The position numbers and the translations under genes are program-made. Shown in pieces: positions 1 to 7,679 of a stretch of DNA of 64,000 bases; within the stretch, counting starts at the first letter, position 1; every line of letters starts with the position of its first letter. The DNA is from a virus, in IMG/VR virus record IMGVR_UViG_3300035182_001904. One strand, given 5' to 3'. The notes beneath the pieces were generated by a model that searched no databases, was not told where the DNA came from, and was given only the letters and a program-made list of their open reading frames with translations.

Positions 1-2
1 TC

Positions 3-1136
3 ACGGAGCGTGTGGGCAAGGGCGGGAGCTGGTTCAAGACGGCGCTCGGCGAGATCAACATCGATGACAAGTTGAAGGATCTGCTGGCGCAATCGAAGAA
101 GGCGCGTGGACCCGCACTCGACGGCGTGGTGAAGCAGATCAAGTACCTCGAGGCGTTAAAGGACCGCGACCTCAAGCCTGCGGACGCCTACGTCATCTCG
201 AAGGTGCCGGTGACGCCGCCGGTGATTCGTCCGATCCTGCCGCTCAAGGACGGGCGTCTGCAGGTCAGCGACGCGAACCTGCTCTACAAGGACGCGTTCC
301 TCGCGAACGATCAGCTCAAGTCATCCGCCAAGTCGTTGCCGTCATCCGAGTTGCCCGGTCCACGGCAACACCTGTACGACGCGGTGAGCGCGCTCTACGG
401 CGTCGGCGACCCTGTGAGCCCTGGCGCCGAGAAGCGCGGTGCGAAGGGGTACCTCGCGGCCATCACGGGCACGCGACCAGGCAGCGGCTTCTTCCAGTCG
501 CGCCTCATGAAGCGGCAGCAAGACGTGAGCGGTCGCGCGACCATCGCACCTGACCCAACATTGTCGATGGACGAGATCGGCGTGCCCGAAGGGATGCTCT
601 GGGGCATGTACAGTAAGTTCGTGATCGGACGCTTGGTCCGACGCGGCTATACAGCGACCGATGCGCAGAAGATGGTGGATGACCGCACGCCCGTCGCGCG
701 GGAAGAGCTGGTCAACGAATCACGTGAACGTCCGGTCATGGTGAATCGTGCACCGTCACTTCACCGCTTCAACATCGTGGGTGCATACCCCAAGATTGTT
801 GAGGGCAAGACGCTCAAGCTCAATCCGTTCGCCGAGAAGGGCATGAATGCGGACTACGACGGCGACGCCCTTCAAATCCATGCCCCGGTGACACCGGGCG
901 GTGTCGAGGACGTCAAGAAGATGACGCTCTCGCACATGATCTTCGCCGACAAGCGCCCAGGCGTTCTGAACATCGCGCCCGACATGGAGGCTGTGCTGGG
1001 CTTGCACCGTGCGACGCAGGCGGCCAGCGGCAAGAAGACGCGGCACTACGACTCCCAGGAGGAGGCGATGGCGGCCTACCACCGGGGCGACATCGCGCTC
1101 AACGATCCCATCGAAATCAGGGCCAAGCGCCTATAA
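3..1136 (+). CDS. rpoC: Phage multisubunit RNA polymerase beta' subunit, N-terminal/catalytic part (5' end lies outside the window)
   Basis: Frame open from the left edge. Ordered beta' motifs: KVPVTPPVIRP, LMKRQQDVSGRATI (cf. LLGKRVDYSGRSVI), NRAPSLHRFNI (NRAPTLHR), NADYDGDALQIHAP (NADFDGD metal site). Confidence 0.93.
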   Translation, partial: TERVGKGGSWFKTALGEINIDDKLKDLLAQSKKARGPALDGVVKQIKYLEALKDRDLKPADAYVISKVPVTPPVIRPILPLKDGRLQVSDANLLYKDAFLANDQLKSSAKSLPSSELPGPRQHLYDAVSALYGVGDPVSPGAEKRGAKGYLAAITGTRPGSGFFQSRLMKRQQDVSGRATIAPDPTLSMDEIGVPEGMLWGMYSKFVIGRLVRRGYTATDAQKMVDDRTPVAREELVNESRERPVMVNRAPSLHRFNIVGAYPKIVEGKTLKLNPFAEKGMNADYDGDALQIHAPVTPGGVEDVKKMTLSHMIFADKRPGVLNIAPDMEAVLGLHRATQAASGKKTRHYDSQEEAMAAYHRGDIALNDPIEIRAKRL

Positions 1137-1137
1137 T
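1130..1137 (+). promoter_or_regulatory. CCTATAAT -10 element overlapping the rpoC stop; likely leaderless promoter for the endonuclease
   Basis: TATAAT at 1132-1137, 5 nt before the GTG at 1143; same motif recurs before other genes. Confidence 0.6.
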
Positions 1138-1142
1138 AAAGC

Positions 1143-1691
1143 GTGCCCTTCGAGTCCCCGGCCGCCGCAGCCCACTACCTTGCCGCGATGATCGACGGTG
1201 AAGGAACGGTTGCGGTGCTCACCTCTCGATCGCGCAATCGCGTGGTCAAGGTTTGCAACACCGACTGGGACATCATCACGGCTACCGTCGAAAGCTGCGA
1301 GACTCTCGGCATTCGATGTTGCGTTGTCGAACGGCCACGTACAGGCCGTCCAAAACACTGGAAACAAGTTTGGGACGTCGCCATCCAAGATCGCGAAGCC
1401 CTCATGCGACTATTGACGCAAGTTCCGCTGCGGTCTCTTCGAAAACAGCAGCGACTCAAAACTTTGATTCAATCCTACCGAACGTCCAAACGGCCTCCGT
1501 TCGAGGATCTCCAACGAATGTACGTCGACGAAAAAATGTCGTACACGGACATCATGCGAACGACAGGCGCTCGATCAACGGCAACGGTAGCGTACTGGCC
1601 CCGGACGTCAGGGATCGTCGCGCGCACCCGTTCAGTTGCGGGCCACTTGACGTGGCAGACGAAGCGAGGAGTTCTCCATGCCGTTCCGTAG
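1143..1691 (+). mobile_element. Free-standing LAGLIDADG homing endonuclease with C-terminal HTH-like tail
   Basis: HYLAAMIDGEGTV LAGLIDADG motif, then VKVCNTD and WDVAI..LLTQVPLRSLRKQQR; lower GC than neighbours. Confidence 0.85.
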
Positions 1692-2139
1692 CGAGGCTCA
1701 ACGTCGCTACCTGTTCTCGCAACACCCGGATGTCGCCCGCGAGTTTGCGAACGCGACGCCCAAGGGCAAGAAGCTGCCCGAGCATGTCAAGAAGTCGCAC
1801 GTGCGCGGCATCGCAGACGCGCTCGAGCAGTTCGGTTTCAAGCAAGCAGCAGAGGAGCTGCGCTTGAAGATCCCAAGCCGCACGTTCCACGGCTACGATG
1901 CAGCTCACAAGACGGAAGCGAACCGCGGCTCGAAGAAGGCGGATGTGGACGGCACCGCAGACAACCTCGCCGACGTGCTCAAGCAGATCGACGTGAACGT
2001 GTCGCCTGATGTACAGCTTGCAGCCCGCGATCCACTCGACCGTACTACTGCGTGGGGATCTCCCTCGAACCTTGCGGGCGGCGACTCGGCGAGCCGGCTC
2101 AGTGACATGGGACAGAACACTGCTTTTGGAGGCGTCTGA
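1678..2139 (+). CDS. Virion-region protein; N-terminal MPFRSEAQRRY...TPKGKKLPEHV phage peptide fused to the AYxxG motif
   Basis: Contains KKSHVRGIADALEQFGFKQAA. Confidence 0.7.
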   Translation: MPFRSEAQRRYLFSQHPDVAREFANATPKGKKLPEHVKKSHVRGIADALEQFGFKQAAEELRLKIPSRTFHGYDAAHKTEANRGSKKADVDGTADNLADVLKQIDVNVSPDVQLAARDPLDRTTAWGSPSNLAGGDSASRLSDMGQNTAFGGV

Positions 2140-2864
2140 TGTCACTCATGCCCCGTGAAGAGACGAGAACCTCTGAAAACTCGATCGGCCACATCATCGA
2201 TCGAGCCACAGGTAAAGCCCCCAAACCTACAGCGGGTTCCCTCATCGACTCTTTGTTGAGCGGGGGAAAAATGGCGATGCCGATGCAAGGGCAACTGACG
2301 CCAGACCAGTTAGCAGTGAACGAAGAACTGAAGGGGCTCGGGGGACGCCCCAACATGCACGGAGGGATGGACATGCCTGAGTCTTTCCACGGAGACCTCA
2401 TGTCGACATTCGAACGCCACAACATGCACCGTGCCCCCCTCGGGAATCCCAAGATGGCCGGGGTTTATCGTGTGGGTGTTGCCGACGCACTCGTGCGTTT
2501 CAAGATCGCAGCCCCTGCTCCCCTGCCTGCCCCTGCTGCGGGTCCTAGCTTCGCGTCCAAGGTCAAGGACTTCGGAGCCGGTCAGTGGGGCGCCGCGAAA
2601 GACTTCGCCGCGAATGTACGCGGTGGCATGGGTGGAAAGGCGAACCCGAACTTCATCACAGGCGCCGTACCCGAGCACAGCATGGACATGGCGCGTGCAT
2701 CACAACGCGGTGCTGCAGTCGGCAACCTCAAGACCCTTGCACCGACGCTGCTCGCGGGCGGAGGTCTCTACATGTTGCACCAGCACAACCAGGCCGAGAA
2801 AGAGGAAGAGGCCCGGCAGCACGCGATGATGGGCGGCGGCATGTCGATGGGTGGAGGATACTGA
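2139..2864 (+). CDS. Gly/Met-rich putative internal virion polyprotein
   Basis: TGATG coupling to previous gene; internal KMAGVYRVGVADALVRFKIAA; hydrophobic C-terminal APTLLAGGGLYML. Confidence 0.7.
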   Translation: MSLMPREETRTSENSIGHIIDRATGKAPKPTAGSLIDSLLSGGKMAMPMQGQLTPDQLAVNEELKGLGGRPNMHGGMDMPESFHGDLMSTFERHNMHRAPLGNPKMAGVYRVGVADALVRFKIAAPAPLPAPAAGPSFASKVKDFGAGQWGAAKDFAANVRGGMGGKANPNFITGAVPEHSMDMARASQRGAAVGNLKTLAPTLLAGGGLYMLHQHNQAEKEEEARQHAMMGGGMSMGGGY

Positions 2865-3645
2865 CGTGCCGATGAACCCTCTACTAGCGCGCAGCCTCAT
2901 GGGCGCGGCGATCGGCACAGCCGGCGGAGCCTTGACCGCTGAAAAAGGTCATCGTGAAGAAGGTGCGCTGCAAGGCGCAGCGATCGGAGGCGCCGGCGGT
3001 GCCCTTTACCACCTTGGTAAGCAGGCACCCACCGCAGGACCGCGTCCTCCGGGGCCAAGTGCTCCTGGTCCAAGCGCAGGTCCGCGTCCAGCAGGTCCAA
3101 GTGCTCCTGGTCCAAGCGCAGGTCCGCGTCCAGCAGGTCCGTCCTGGGAAGACAGAATGCGACAACAGTGGCGGGCGCAAGATGAGGCCCGTGCGTCCGC
3201 ATCACGGCAGGCACGACAGAGCGCCAAAGAAGAGGCGTACAAACACACGCAACAAAGCCAGTCCGCACAAGACGGTTTCAAATACCGTCAACAAGCGGAG
3301 GACAAGCACTGGGGTGCGCAGAACGAAGATGTTTTCAACAACTGGCGTAAGGCGCGACAGGGCGCTGGTGCGGGTCCAAGTGCTGTTATAGGACAATCAG
3401 CTCCACGCGGAGCGCCAAGTGGCGGACTTCCGTCGTGGATGAGCGGAGCGCAAACACAGGCGGAGGCGAAGAGTCGCTTCAGAGAACAAGCAATGAATAT
3501 GCATCCAGACCGTGGCGGAAACACGGCCGACATGCAGTCATTGAATGCACAGTGGGCCGCTGCACGGAAACACCCTGACTTCTCGAGCATGAAAGAAGCG
3601 TGGTGGATGGGCAAAGCGGCTGCGTTACAACATTTCGGTCTCTAA
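2851..3645 (+). CDS. Glycine-zipper + Pro/Gly repeat + DnaJ-type J-domain protein
   Basis: GAAIGTAGGAL/GAAIGGAGGAL zipper; AKSRFREQAMNMHPDRGGNTADMQSLNAQW (HPD motif); ends KEAWWMGKAAALQHFGL. Confidence 0.75.
   Translation: MEDTDVPMNPLLARSLMGAAIGTAGGALTAEKGHREEGALQGAAIGGAGGALYHLGKQAPTAGPRPPGPSAPGPSAGPRPAGPSAPGPSAGPRPAGPSWEDRMRQQWRAQDEARASASRQARQSAKEEAYKHTQQSQSAQDGFKYRQQAEDKHWGAQNEDVFNNWRKARQGAGAGPSAVIGQSAPRGAPSGGLPSWMSGAQTQAEAKSRFREQAMNMHPDRGGNTADMQSLNAQWAAARKHPDFSSMKEAWWMGKAAALQHFGL
3055..3140 (+). repeat. 42-bp perfect tandem duplication encoding PSAPGPSAGPRPAG x2
   Basis: ccaagtgctcctggtccaagcgcaggtccgcgtccagcaggt starts at 3055 and 3097. Confidence 0.9.
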
Positions 3646-3650
3646 CCAAC

Positions 3651-5432
3651 ATGGCGACAACGCTCGGACAGCACCTCGTCGACTCCATCCTCCCATCGAA
3701 GTGGCGAGGACAGGGGGCGCTCACCAAGGGGAACCTGAACAAGGTCCTCCTCGGTGTCGCAAAAGAGGACCCGAGCAAGTACCCCGACGTCGTGACCAAG
3801 CTCAAGCGTCTCGGTGACGAGGTCGCAACGCTCGACGGCATCTCCGTCGGCCTCGACGACATCGCGCCCCGTGTTGCTGAACGCGACGCTGCCTTGAAGC
3901 CGCACGTCGAAGCCTTTCGAAAGGCGACGACCAACGCGGACAAGGTCAAGACGCTCGTGGGCGGACAGAATGCGATGCTCATGCTGGCACGCAACCACCC
4001 AGGCACGATGGGCGAGATGGTTCGCGCCGGCGGTCGCGGCAATGCTGCACAACTCATGCGCACCGTGGGCGCACCCGTCTTCGCCGAAGACTCCAAGGGC
4101 AAGGTCATTCCGTGGCTCGTCGACAAGAGCTTCTCCGAAGGGCTCAAGCCTGCGGATGCGTGGATCATGGGCGGTCAGGCGCGTGTCAACGCGGTGGTCT
4201 CGAACATCTCGGTTGTCGAGCCCGGTGACCTTGCGAAGATCCTCGTCAACAACATGGGCGACCAGCTCGTGACGACGGTGGACTGCGGCACCAAGAACGG
4301 CATCGCGATGTTGCCGACCGACGCACACCTCATCGACCGCTACCAGGCGGGCACGAACAAGCTGATCACGCCGCAGTACGCGTCTCACCTTGCCAAAGAA
4401 GGCAAGGAGGTCATCGTCCGTTCTCCGATGACCTGCGAAGCTGCGCACGGCGTCTGTCAGCGCTGCCAAGGCCTGTCGTCTTCGGGTGGCATGCATTCGA
4501 TCGGAACGAACGTTGGCGTTCGCGCGGCTCAAGCGCTCGCCGAGCCGCTCACGCAGTTCGCCCTCAACGCGAAGCACGGCGGGCGCGTCGTCGGTGTTGA
4601 CGACGAGAAGCGGCTCGAGGGCATCAAAGGCGTGCGAGCCTTGCTCGAGATTCCGACATCGTTCGCACACAAGGCGGTACTTGCTGACCGCGACGGTTCC
4701 ATCACGAAGATCGACAAGGCTCCGCAGGGCGGTCACTACGTCTTCGTCGGCGACGGTAGCCACTACGTGCCTCCCGCACACAAGGTCGTCGTGGGCATCG
4801 GGCAATCGATGTATGCAGGGGACTTGCTCTCCGATGGCGTACCCAAGCCTGACGAGATCGTTCAACACAAAGGCCTCGGTGAAGGTCGACGCTACCTCGT
4901 CGACGCGCTCTCCGATGTCTACAAGCGCGCAGGCTCCGAGGTCGACAAGCGCCACCTCGAGACGCTCGCCAAGTCCGTGCTCAACCACGTCCAGATCATT
5001 GATCCCGGTCCCGACGACGCATTCATCAAGGGTGACGTCGTCGACTACAATCGGTTCCATGCGTCCCTGGCCGCATCCAAGAAACGCCTCCCGACGACAG
5101 ACGCGATCGGCGAGACGCTCGCGGACGGCATCCTCCACCACACGGCGGGTACTGTCGTGACGCAGCCAATCGCAGACCAGCTCGTACGCCACGGCGTGAC
5201 GTCGGTGATGACGTCCAGCCAGGGGCCGCGTGCACTGCCGTTCATGCGCCCGGCGTCGCGCACACCTCTTCTCAATCCGGATTGGATGGCACGCCTCGCA
5301 CACCGCTACCTCAAGGAGTCATTGCTAACAGGCATCCACCGCGGCGATGTCTCCAACCTACACGGGGCGTCCCCTGTTCCAGCGTACGCTGCAGGCACAG
5401 AGTTTGGCCTTGGTGAAGAGGGGCAATACTGA
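3651..5432 (+). CDS. rpoC: Phage RNA polymerase beta' subunit, C-terminal part
   Basis: MATTLGQ (TTVGR), GISVGLDDI, MVRAGGRGN (MADSGARGS), bridge helix to DCGT, RSPMTC..GVCQRCQG Zn site, NVGVRAAQALAEPLTQFALNAKHGG trigger loop. ATG 3651 chosen over 3600. Confidence 0.92.
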   Translation: MATTLGQHLVDSILPSKWRGQGALTKGNLNKVLLGVAKEDPSKYPDVVTKLKRLGDEVATLDGISVGLDDIAPRVAERDAALKPHVEAFRKATTNADKVKTLVGGQNAMLMLARNHPGTMGEMVRAGGRGNAAQLMRTVGAPVFAEDSKGKVIPWLVDKSFSEGLKPADAWIMGGQARVNAVVSNISVVEPGDLAKILVNNMGDQLVTTVDCGTKNGIAMLPTDAHLIDRYQAGTNKLITPQYASHLAKEGKEVIVRSPMTCEAAHGVCQRCQGLSSSGGMHSIGTNVGVRAAQALAEPLTQFALNAKHGGRVVGVDDEKRLEGIKGVRALLEIPTSFAHKAVLADRDGSITKIDKAPQGGHYVFVGDGSHYVPPAHKVVVGIGQSMYAGDLLSDGVPKPDEIVQHKGLGEGRRYLVDALSDVYKRAGSEVDKRHLETLAKSVLNHVQIIDPGPDDAFIKGDVVDYNRFHASLAASKKRLPTTDAIGETLADGILHHTAGTVVTQPIADQLVRHGVTSVMTSSQGPRALPFMRPASRTPLLNPDWMARLAHRYLKESLLTGIHRGDVSNLHGASPVPAYAAGTEFGLGEEGQY

Positions 5433-5878
5433 TGATCGCTCGAGCACATGCAAAGGGTATCGAAGATGCCCTTGCGCGCTTCCAAGTCAAAGACGCGGGC
5501 ATCATGGAAGGCATCAAGCAGACCTTCATCGGACAGCCTGGGCGTGCTTTCGTGGAAGGACCGCGTACGTTCTCTCCGGGTGGAATGCTTTCCACCAAGA
5601 ACGTATGGTGGCCCAGCGTCAAGGGCCAGCCGTTGAACTGGATTGGACGTGCTGGCACGATCGCAGCACCGCTCATGGCACTCTCTGCCATGCGGTCAAA
5701 CCCGCAAGAGGGCCACCTATCAAACGCGCTCGGTGCGCTTGGTGGAATCGCTGGGAGCGCATATGGTTTCCCGGCGCTTGGCATGCTTGGCGGACCTCTT
5801 CTCGCACAAGCGGGCGCACGAGCTGGACGTGGCCTCGGACATCTACTCGGCAGTAAACCGAAGGACCTCTATCAATGA
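5432..5878 (+). CDS. AYxxG-leader protein with C-terminal glycine zipper
   Basis: MIARAHAKGIEDALARFQVKDA; ALGALGGIAGSAYGFPALGMLGG. Confidence 0.75.
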   Translation: MIARAHAKGIEDALARFQVKDAGIMEGIKQTFIGQPGRAFVEGPRTFSPGGMLSTKNVWWPSVKGQPLNWIGRAGTIAAPLMALSAMRSNPQEGHLSNALGALGGIAGSAYGFPALGMLGGPLLAQAGARAGRGLGHLLGSKPKDLYQ

Positions 5879-6111
5879 TCAACGACGCCTATAATAAAGG
5901 CCGTACCGATGCACTCACCCGCTTCAAGCTCGCTCAAGGCATGGGCATGGGTGCTGGTGGTATGAATGTCGGTGGTGGCGTCGGCGGTGGCACGTCGGGC
6001 AGTCCTGGCGCAGCGGGAATGGCAGCACCACTGCCTCCCGCGATGGCCGCTCCAACATCCGCGGCGCCGCCCATGGCAGCGGGGGCTCAAAAGGCTCGCG
6101 CGCTCGGTTAG
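5875..6111 (+). CDS. AYxxG-leader + Gly/Met/Pro low-complexity peptide
   Basis: MINDAYNKGRTDALTRFKLA followed by GMGMGAGG...PPAMAAP; ATGA overlap with previous gene. Confidence 0.75.
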   Translation: MINDAYNKGRTDALTRFKLAQGMGMGAGGMNVGGGVGGGTSGSPGAAGMAAPLPPAMAAPTSAAPPMAAGAQKARALG

Positions 6112-6119
6112 CGCAACTG

Positions 6120-6148
6120 TTGGATATTTGAGAGTCTCGTCCTATCAT
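6120..6148 (+). promoter_or_regulatory. sigma70-like promoter TTGGAT-N17-TATCAT
   Basis: Intergenic, upstream of ATG 6184; same architecture at 17548 and 34782. Confidence 0.5.
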
Positions 6149-6183
6149 TTCGTCAATCTCTGCACAGCTTCCCCGAGGCAAAA

Positions 6184-7503
6184 ATGTTCAAGCATGCGTA
6201 CGTCCGTGGCATCCAGACCGCGTTGGTCAACAGCGGCGCAGCCGCGTTCCCCGACGAGACCACCGCGGCGAAGGTCGCGGACTACATCGCTGACCGTGTC
6301 GACATCGACCCTCTGAAGGGTGTGTCGCGCGAGGCGACCCACAAGATCGGGACGGACCTGGTCGCAGCCTCCGACTGGATCAAGCAGCAGCCCGGCTTCA
6401 AGGCGGCGAGCTTCAACAAGCTCGCGACGTGGGAAGACGTCGCGCAGCTCGCGGATCGCAACGCGACCCAGCTGATGACGAAGGCCGCCGAGGGCTCGAC
6501 CATCGAGGGTGGCGACAAGGGGAACACCCAAGCCGAGGCGCCCGCGGGCGAGACCAAGATGGACGCCTCGCAGCGTCCTCCCGGCTATGCCGAGGACAGC
6601 CGCGGCAAGACCGAGATCGACACCCGGCCGGGCACGGTCGGCAAGGAAGAGGAGCAGCCGAACAAGCCCAAGGAGACCGACTCCAAGGACAACTCGGTGC
6701 AGGAGCACTCGCGCACCGCGTCGCTCGCTGACCTCTTCCGCAAGTCGGCCGAGGGCTCGACGATCATGGGTGGCGACAAGGGCAACACCGCCATGTCGTC
6801 GGCCGAGGCCAAGATGGACGCGGCACAACGTCCCGCAGGCTACGCCGTCCTGCCCACGCAGGGTGCACTCGGCGCGATGATGAACCTCGTCGGCGGCCCC
6901 GCGGTCGTCGGCAAGGAGACCGCGCAGCCGAACAAGCCCGGCGAGTCGCCGAGCGGTTCGAACTCGGTGACCCAGCAGTCCGCCAAGGCGGCTGCCGAGG
7001 ACCCGTACATCGCGCTCTTCAAGAAGGTCGCTGCCGAGGTGCACGAGTACCTCCCGGGCGGTCTCCACGAGAACGCCAAGATCGCCGCGGTCCGCGCCTG
7101 CATGGGCATGACGACCGAGGAGAAGGCGTACTACCTCCGCGGCCTGCAGAAGGAGGCGGCGGATGCGTCGACGGGTTCTTCCAGCCTGCCGCCGGGCTCG
7201 CGCGGTGATCGCTACCGTGAGCACAACCCGGACGCGACGCACTCGCGGCCCGGCGCCTACGATGGCCGCTCTGGCAACCAGGGCACCAAGCAGGCCGACG
7301 ACCTCCCGCCCTTCATGAAGAAGGACGAGAAGGACGAGAAGAAGGACGACGACAAGGAGAAGGACAAGGGCGGCATGCCCGACTTCATCCGCGAGAAGAT
7401 CGAGGGCAAGAAGCACGAGGAAGGCGAGTCGAAGAAGGAAGAGCACAAGGAGGCCTCGCTTCGCGACTTCTTCCGTCGCATCGACGCGGCACAGCGCGCG
7501 TGA
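6184..7503 (+). CDS. Putative prohead core/scaffold protein with internal duplication
   Basis: Begins MFKHAYVRGIQTAL; two copies of AEGSTIxGGDKGNT...KMDAxQRPxGYA...VGKExxQPNKP; about ten KxA sites; acidic/Lys-rich tail. Confidence 0.65.
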   Translation: MFKHAYVRGIQTALVNSGAAAFPDETTAAKVADYIADRVDIDPLKGVSREATHKIGTDLVAASDWIKQQPGFKAASFNKLATWEDVAQLADRNATQLMTKAAEGSTIEGGDKGNTQAEAPAGETKMDASQRPPGYAEDSRGKTEIDTRPGTVGKEEEQPNKPKETDSKDNSVQEHSRTASLADLFRKSAEGSTIMGGDKGNTAMSSAEAKMDAAQRPAGYAVLPTQGALGAMMNLVGGPAVVGKETAQPNKPGESPSGSNSVTQQSAKAAAEDPYIALFKKVAAEVHEYLPGGLHENAKIAAVRACMGMTTEEKAYYLRGLQKEAADASTGSSSLPPGSRGDRYREHNPDATHSRPGAYDGRSGNQGTKQADDLPPFMKKDEKDEKKDDDKEKDKGGMPDFIREKIEGKKHEEGESKKEEHKEASLRDFFRRIDAAQRA

Positions 7504-7667
7504 GCCTTCCGCGCCACATCCGCGAAATGGGGCGTCTCGTCGTCGAAGAGAAGCTTGCTGAGATCCTGAACCCGACCCTCGGCTCGCTCAAGGCGCAGAA
7601 GACGAAGCAGCTGGGCGGTCTTCCTGACGCGAATCTCTCCAAAGTCGTCAGCTTCCCCAGTTCGTAG
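7500..7667 (+). CDS. Small 55-aa protein (below ORF-track cutoff)
   Basis: GTGA overlap; MSLPRHIREMGRLVVEEKLAEILN...; fills the gap to 7680. Confidence 0.5.
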   Translation: MSLPRHIREMGRLVVEEKLAEILNPTLGSLKAQKTKQLGGLPDANLSKVVSFPSS

Positions 7668-7679
7668 ACGAGGTCCCAT

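Noticed and set aside
1137-3650. Group I intron joining the two beta' halves
   Set aside because: The interval holds four ordinary ORFs and a promoter, the second half has its own ATG, and I saw no intron core elements.
5888-5895. CCTATAAT inside ORF 5875 as a promoter
   Set aside because: It encodes A-Y-N of the AYxxG motif and has no start codon at leaderless distance; probably coincidental.
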